Below, piece by piece: positions 60,342 to 64,000 of a stretch of 64,000 nt of DNA. Each line of letters begins with the position of its first letter. Position 1 is the stretch's first letter. The position numbers were made by a program, and so were the translations under genes. A model generated the notes under the pieces. It was not told the origin of the DNA. It ran no database searches and saw only the letters and a list, made by a program, of their open reading frames with translations. The DNA is from Oligoflexales bacterium (GTDB lineage: Bacteria; Bdellovibrionota_B; Oligoflexia; Oligoflexales; CAIYRB01): contig JBGSUI010000217.1 of the NCBI GenBank assembly GCA_041736175.1, positions 51,565 to 115,564 on the forward strand, in the 5' to 3' direction.

Positions 60342-60629
60342 ATGAAACGTTTCTTAAAAAGTATCAGTCTAAGCTTTCTAGTTTTTGGATCAGTGACTGC
60401 CTTGGCCCACAATGGTGGCAGGGGAGGAGGCCGAGGAAGCCGTGGTGGATTAGACGCCGACGACAGACATCCCCCTAGAACCTGGATCTGCCGTGCCGAG
60501 GCGATGGATAACAGTGGGCTGTTTTTTTTAGGTATGGGCCGTAGCTACGGCGAAGCCTATGCCCGTGCTAACGAAACTTGCAACCGCGCTCGGCGAGTTT
60601 GCCGGATTAATTGCTATCAAAATGACTGA
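60342..60629 (+). CDS. Small secreted protein with 4 Cys
   Basis: AAGGAG RBS, signal peptide ending ALA, Gly/Arg linker and a Cys-containing domain. Confidence 0.75.
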   Translation: MKRFLKSISLSFLVFGSVTALAHNGGRGGGRGSRGGLDADDRHPPRTWICRAEAMDNSGLFFLGMGRSYGEAYARANETCNRARRVCRINCYQND

Positions 60630-60688
60630 GTGGTAAACTAAACCAACATTTTTTACTAAATCTATGCTTTTGTGGGGGGGGATCCTTT

Positions 60689-61321
60689 ATGAAATTTCAC
60701 CAGATCCTAACTGGATTGTTTTTCCTAAGCACTCTAGCGGGTTGTCAATTCAACCCGACTGCTGCCTCCTTGCCCACAAATGCTTCGGTAAAAATGCCCC
60801 TAAACACTAATCTAAATGTGGATATACCCAAAGATCAATTCCCACCTGAACAGCTCCGACGTTTAACGCTAGGATTACGGTCGATTTTTACGGACGGCGA
60901 GCAGTCGATGCCCCTTGCGATGATCTTTGACGCTATGGAGCTGGAAGGTCCCATCACGGAGGTCATCCCTGGGATTTTAGAGGCCTATCCCAATCCCGTC
61001 ACAGTCGTCTGTAACGGTAATCGCTGTACCGGATTTTCCTACGGGAAACCCCACTCATTTTTAGCCACCTTTATGAACATCCCCGTGTTTGGAACCCCTA
61101 CCATCTCCATGGGACCTCGGGTCGAAATCGATTTTCGTCTCTCTGAAGAGGGAAATCTCATAGAAGTGTGTCGATTCGCGGGACTCCGAGCCAAAGCCGG
61201 GAGTTTAGGCGGACCGATCGATGGGTTTATCGGCGAAATCTCCAATGATACGGTTAAAACTCTCAAAATCGATATTGGCTTTGGCGGCTCCTACCCTAAT
61301 GGCTCTTGCAAACCAGGGTAG
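60689..61321 (+). CDS. Hypothetical lipoprotein
   Basis: Lipobox LAGC. Confidence 0.7.
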   Translation: MKFHQILTGLFFLSTLAGCQFNPTAASLPTNASVKMPLNTNLNVDIPKDQFPPEQLRRLTLGLRSIFTDGEQSMPLAMIFDAMELEGPITEVIPGILEAYPNPVTVVCNGNRCTGFSYGKPHSFLATFMNIPVFGTPTISMGPRVEIDFRLSEEGNLIEVCRFAGLRAKAGSLGGPIDGFIGEISNDTVKTLKIDIGFGGSYPNGSCKPG

Positions 61322-61327
61322 TATCGA

Positions 61328-62197
61328 TCATCGGGATGACCGCTGGTAAAAATCCCTAATCAAACCTTGTTTTTTTAGGCGTTTTGCCAGCGATCTTACA
61401 AAATCATGGGAGTCCCCGAGGGTCAGGCTAAAGGCACTTGCTGTCAACAGGGCTGTAAATAGCTTCTGGTTTTTTTCCTGCACCACCGGATCCAGACCAT
61501 AGAAGTTTAAGGCAAACATCGTCGGATATTGCGCGTCATTATGGGTGGCTCCTTTGATGGTTAACTCAGCAAAATCCCCACCATAATGCTTGCGAAATAG
61601 CCGCCTCTTGCGGGCTAGATAAATCTCTGGATCAGCCCCTAAGAGGATCGCTGGACTTTGAACATCCCACATCAGCTTCCCTACATTCTCATTGAAAACG
61701 GCTGGGTCTAAGAGGACCAAACCCGAAATCGGCGTCCCAAGATAGGCTGCCATGGTCACGGCAGAGCCGCCAAAGGAGTGGCCCACTAGGATCGGCTTCA
61801 TTTGATTTTGGGTAGCTCTCATTTCGGCACTCTCGCTGATTCCCTTGACGAACTCTTTAAGAATAAGGCCATTTGTGTCCCACTGTTCGGTGGTAGGGAG
61901 TTGGGGCAAAAAAACCGAAAAGCCGTAAGAGGCCAGGTGCACTGCTTGGTACCGATGGGCTTCTTTGTAGCTGCGATTGCCGTGGGCGATCACCACCATC
62001 GGCCCCCTGGCTGCTACCAGCTTTGGCTGGACCACATCAAAGCTGATGGGGAGATTGTTGTTTAGAACTATGAATTGCTGCTCTTTAATCCCATAGGAAA
62101 TGGGCCCTTGTTTGGAAAACTCCCCTAAATCTGGGCCAATGGTCTTTAGAATGCGGTAAATTTTTTTAAAAGTATTTGGAGATTCATCTTGGATCAC
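61328..62197 (-). CDS. Alpha/beta hydrolase (chlorophyllase/cutinase-like)
   Basis: IAHG, HLASYGF, GHSFGG, LLDP and GATHND motifs. The reading frame stays open upstream to 62293 and encodes a lipobox there. Confidence 0.82.
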   Translation of the reverse strand: MIQDESPNTFKKIYRILKTIGPDLGEFSKQGPISYGIKEQQFIVLNNNLPISFDVVQPKLVAARGPMVVIAHGNRSYKEAHRYQAVHLASYGFSVFLPQLPTTEQWDTNGLILKEFVKGISESAEMRATQNQMKPILVGHSFGGSAVTMAAYLGTPISGLVLLDPAVFNENVGKLMWDVQSPAILLGADPEIYLARKRRLFRKHYGGDFAELTIKGATHNDAQYPTMFALNFYGLDPVVQEKNQKLFTALLTASAFSLTLGDSHDFVRSLAKRLKKQGLIRDFYQRSSR

Positions 62198-62303
62198 ACT
62201 CGACAGGGGACTCTCGGAGATACGAGATCTAGTGCAGCTTATGAAAAGAGCAGCGCAGATAAATATTTTTGAATCTATATACTTGGCGATTTTTTAACCT
62301 TCG

Positions 62304-62885
62304 TTATAGGTAAATCCTTATCCCCAGGTTAAACCACAAAAATAAATCTGTATTTGAATCGGTCAAATAAGGTCCAACCGTTAGGATCAATCCTCCAAAA
62401 AATTGCACCGGATCTCGGAGCATCACATACCCCATCCCAAAAGGAACTCTTAGGGAGGCCCCCCGGCTCACCTGGAGCCCGCCACCCAGATAGGGCGCTA
62501 ACTTGCCCCGCAAAAGGTGCAGTGAGTTAGGCTGGACTAGGAGAATCCTCTTAAAGTCAGGGTTAAAATGCGCCACATAGTCCGCGTTAAAAGCGACTGA
62601 ACTTTGGAGGGACCCCAGGCTTAAGTCGAGTGTCCCATTATAAAACGCCAATTTTTGGGCAAGAAGACCCGTGGCTCCATAGTTTCCCACTTGGATTCCG
62701 ACACCCCATTCGGGGTCTTGGGTGAGCAGGCCCTTGGTGGTACCGCTAGGGGATCGCCATTCGGCGGCCTGGGCGATAGGACTCCCACACAAGAGACAAA
62801 ACAGGCTGACGGCAAAGAATTTTAGCGTTCGATTTGATGTTTTTCGTACTGACGGGCTGAGGTTTGCCAGGGTATGTACTCCCAT
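62304..62885 (-). CDS. Hypothetical outer-membrane beta-barrel protein
   Basis: Signal peptide ending AQA, alternating beta-strand pattern and C-terminal LGIRIYL. The start is uncertain. Confidence 0.6.
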   Translation of the reverse strand: MGVHTLANLSPSVRKTSNRTLKFFAVSLFCLLCGSPIAQAAEWRSPSGTTKGLLTQDPEWGVGIQVGNYGATGLLAQKLAFYNGTLDLSLGSLQSSVAFNADYVAHFNPDFKRILLVQPNSLHLLRGKLAPYLGGGLQVSRGASLRVPFGMGYVMLRDPVQFFGGLILTVGPYLTDSNTDLFLWFNLGIRIYL

Positions 62886-63142
62886 TCTTCGATTGGTGGA
62901 ATCAGGGCCAGCATAATACCTAGTCCAATGATGGGCAATGCCGAAACCAGCCATGGGGCTTCTTCGATTTTAGCTCGATTTAAAATAACCAAAAAAGCTA
63001 TAAAAGCGATACCACAAGCCATGATAAGCATCTGTTTGCGTTGGCGGTTGATGATAAGCTTTACATAGGGATCTTCAGGCCCCTTGGCCACGTTGTTTTC
63101 TTTTTTTACCGTAGCTAAAAGACCCGTATCGGATTTACTCAT
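62822..63142 (-). CDS. Small membrane protein (2 TM)
   Basis: Two hydrophobic segments and a GGAG RBS. It overlaps its neighbours, as in an operon. Confidence 0.65.
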   Translation of the reverse strand: MSKSDTGLLATVKKENNVAKGPEDPYVKLIINRQRKQMLIMACGIAFIAFLVILNRAKIEEAPWLVSALPIIGLGIMLALIPPIEEWEYIPWQTSARQYEKHQIER

Positions 63143-63509
63143 ATGGTTTGCTCCGAGATTGGTTATTTTTTGCAGAATTTACATAAAAAATCATCCAGCG
63201 CACCCCACTCACTGCCGACAGGACCAGCATAAGGGTCAGTGCTTTACCATACTCTTGCTTACCTAAAAGCTCACTCGGAGCAGATGCTGCAAGCATGACA
63301 CCTGAGCCCACTAAAAACAGGACATAGGTCAGCCCGGTCATCACCTCACTGGAATCGATCCCTTTAAGGGGGAGTCCAAGTATAACGACCCAAAGAGTAC
63401 TCGCCGCCAATAGGGATTTTTCCCTCAGATTGAGATCTAAAAAAGCCTCAAAAATTTCTTTGGCTGATGGCATATAAAGCCAGGTATCGCCAAAAAGAGC
63501 TTGAAACAC
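63135..63509 (-). CDS. Small membrane protein
   Basis: GTG start with an AGGAGG RBS and three hydrophobic segments. Confidence 0.65.
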   Translation of the reverse strand: MFQALFGDTWLYMPSAKEIFEAFLDLNLREKSLLAASTLWVVILGLPLKGIDSSEVMTGLTYVLFLVGSGVMLAASAPSELLGKQEYGKALTLMLVLSAVSGVRWMIFYVNSAKNNQSRSKPYE

Positions 63510-63530
63510 GATGCATCCCTCCTGAGGTAA

Positions 63531-63557
63531 GCATCGGCTCGATTGGGCTAAGACTTA
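63531..63557 (-). promoter_or_regulatory. Sigma-28-like promoter
   Basis: TAAG-N15-GCCGATGC. Confidence 0.55.
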
Positions 63558-64000
63558 AGTCAGAGTCGTGGGACGATATGATATATTATGCTTAAATTGA
63601 CTTTAAGGATGTTGTATCCTGCTGACTTGAGAGTCCCGAGTTCTCTTTAAATCCCTACTCCCAAGACGGTATGATAATGACTTTGATAGCTTAATGACTA
63701 CATATCGGAAGTCGGTTTTTGGTTTAGGCTTGTCTACGGATCAAAACAGCGTCACTGGCGAGGGCCGCTTTTGAACATGGGGAAAAACCACCCCCACACC
63801 AGTCCGAGTAAAAAACCCAAAGGCCCGGTGACCAATACGCCAAGAACAGGGCCTTCAGTATGGGGTGTCCAAAAAGGCCCTCATGCTATAACCAAGTTTT
63901 GGAGCCTCGAATGATTAACGCTCTGCATAAGGGCTTTTTTTAGCGGGAAAGTCTTCATTTTGGAATTCATTTGATGCTGATTTTTGAGGCCCAATTGATT

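Noticed and set aside
1..64000. CRISPR arrays, IS elements, prophage genes, and the many short overlapping ORFs in the track
   Set aside because: No regularly spaced repeats, transposases or phage structural genes were seen. The short ORFs lie antisense or out of frame within confidently assigned genes.

Overview
A gene-dense bacterial chromosomal region of moderate GC. The gene content (fliW/csrA next to flgL-flgF, many orphan lipoproteins, a sigma-54 regulator) suggests Oligoflexia/Bdellovibrionota, but this is inferred and not proven. From left to right it holds: an outer-membrane protein, an XPB-like helicase with a DUF790 nuclease, a Pol-beta nucleotidyltransferase, rimO, a GC-rich hipBA cassette flanked by 47-bp direct repeats, a class IV aminotransferase, glpX, a flagellar block (fliW csrA flgL K N M J I H A G F) under a sigma-54 promoter, a higA-higB pair in reversed order, GH42 and GH1 glycosidases, an acyl-CoA ligase, the liv ABC transporter, a globin, tRNA-Gly(CCC), a choline ABC transporter operon, an S8 protease, aqpZ, a class 3 lipase, cysE, an NtrC-type regulator and a voltage-gated cation channel. 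The best candidate for an undescribed system is 40608-45107: a ChoX-type choline/acetylcholine ABC importer translationally coupled to a choline/carnitine O-acyltransferase. That enzyme keeps the catalytic His but lacks the residues that bind the carnitine carboxylate, so it may be a bacterial (acetyl)choline transacylation pathway. Other leads are a channel with a Cav-like TMEGWAD filter, a probable ATT start codon, a structured RNA ending in a terminator at 101-300, and a set of FliA-type promoters upstream of orphan genes, most of them secreted. No CRISPR array, rRNA, integrase or transposase was seen. All family assignments come from motif recognition by eye; no searches were run.
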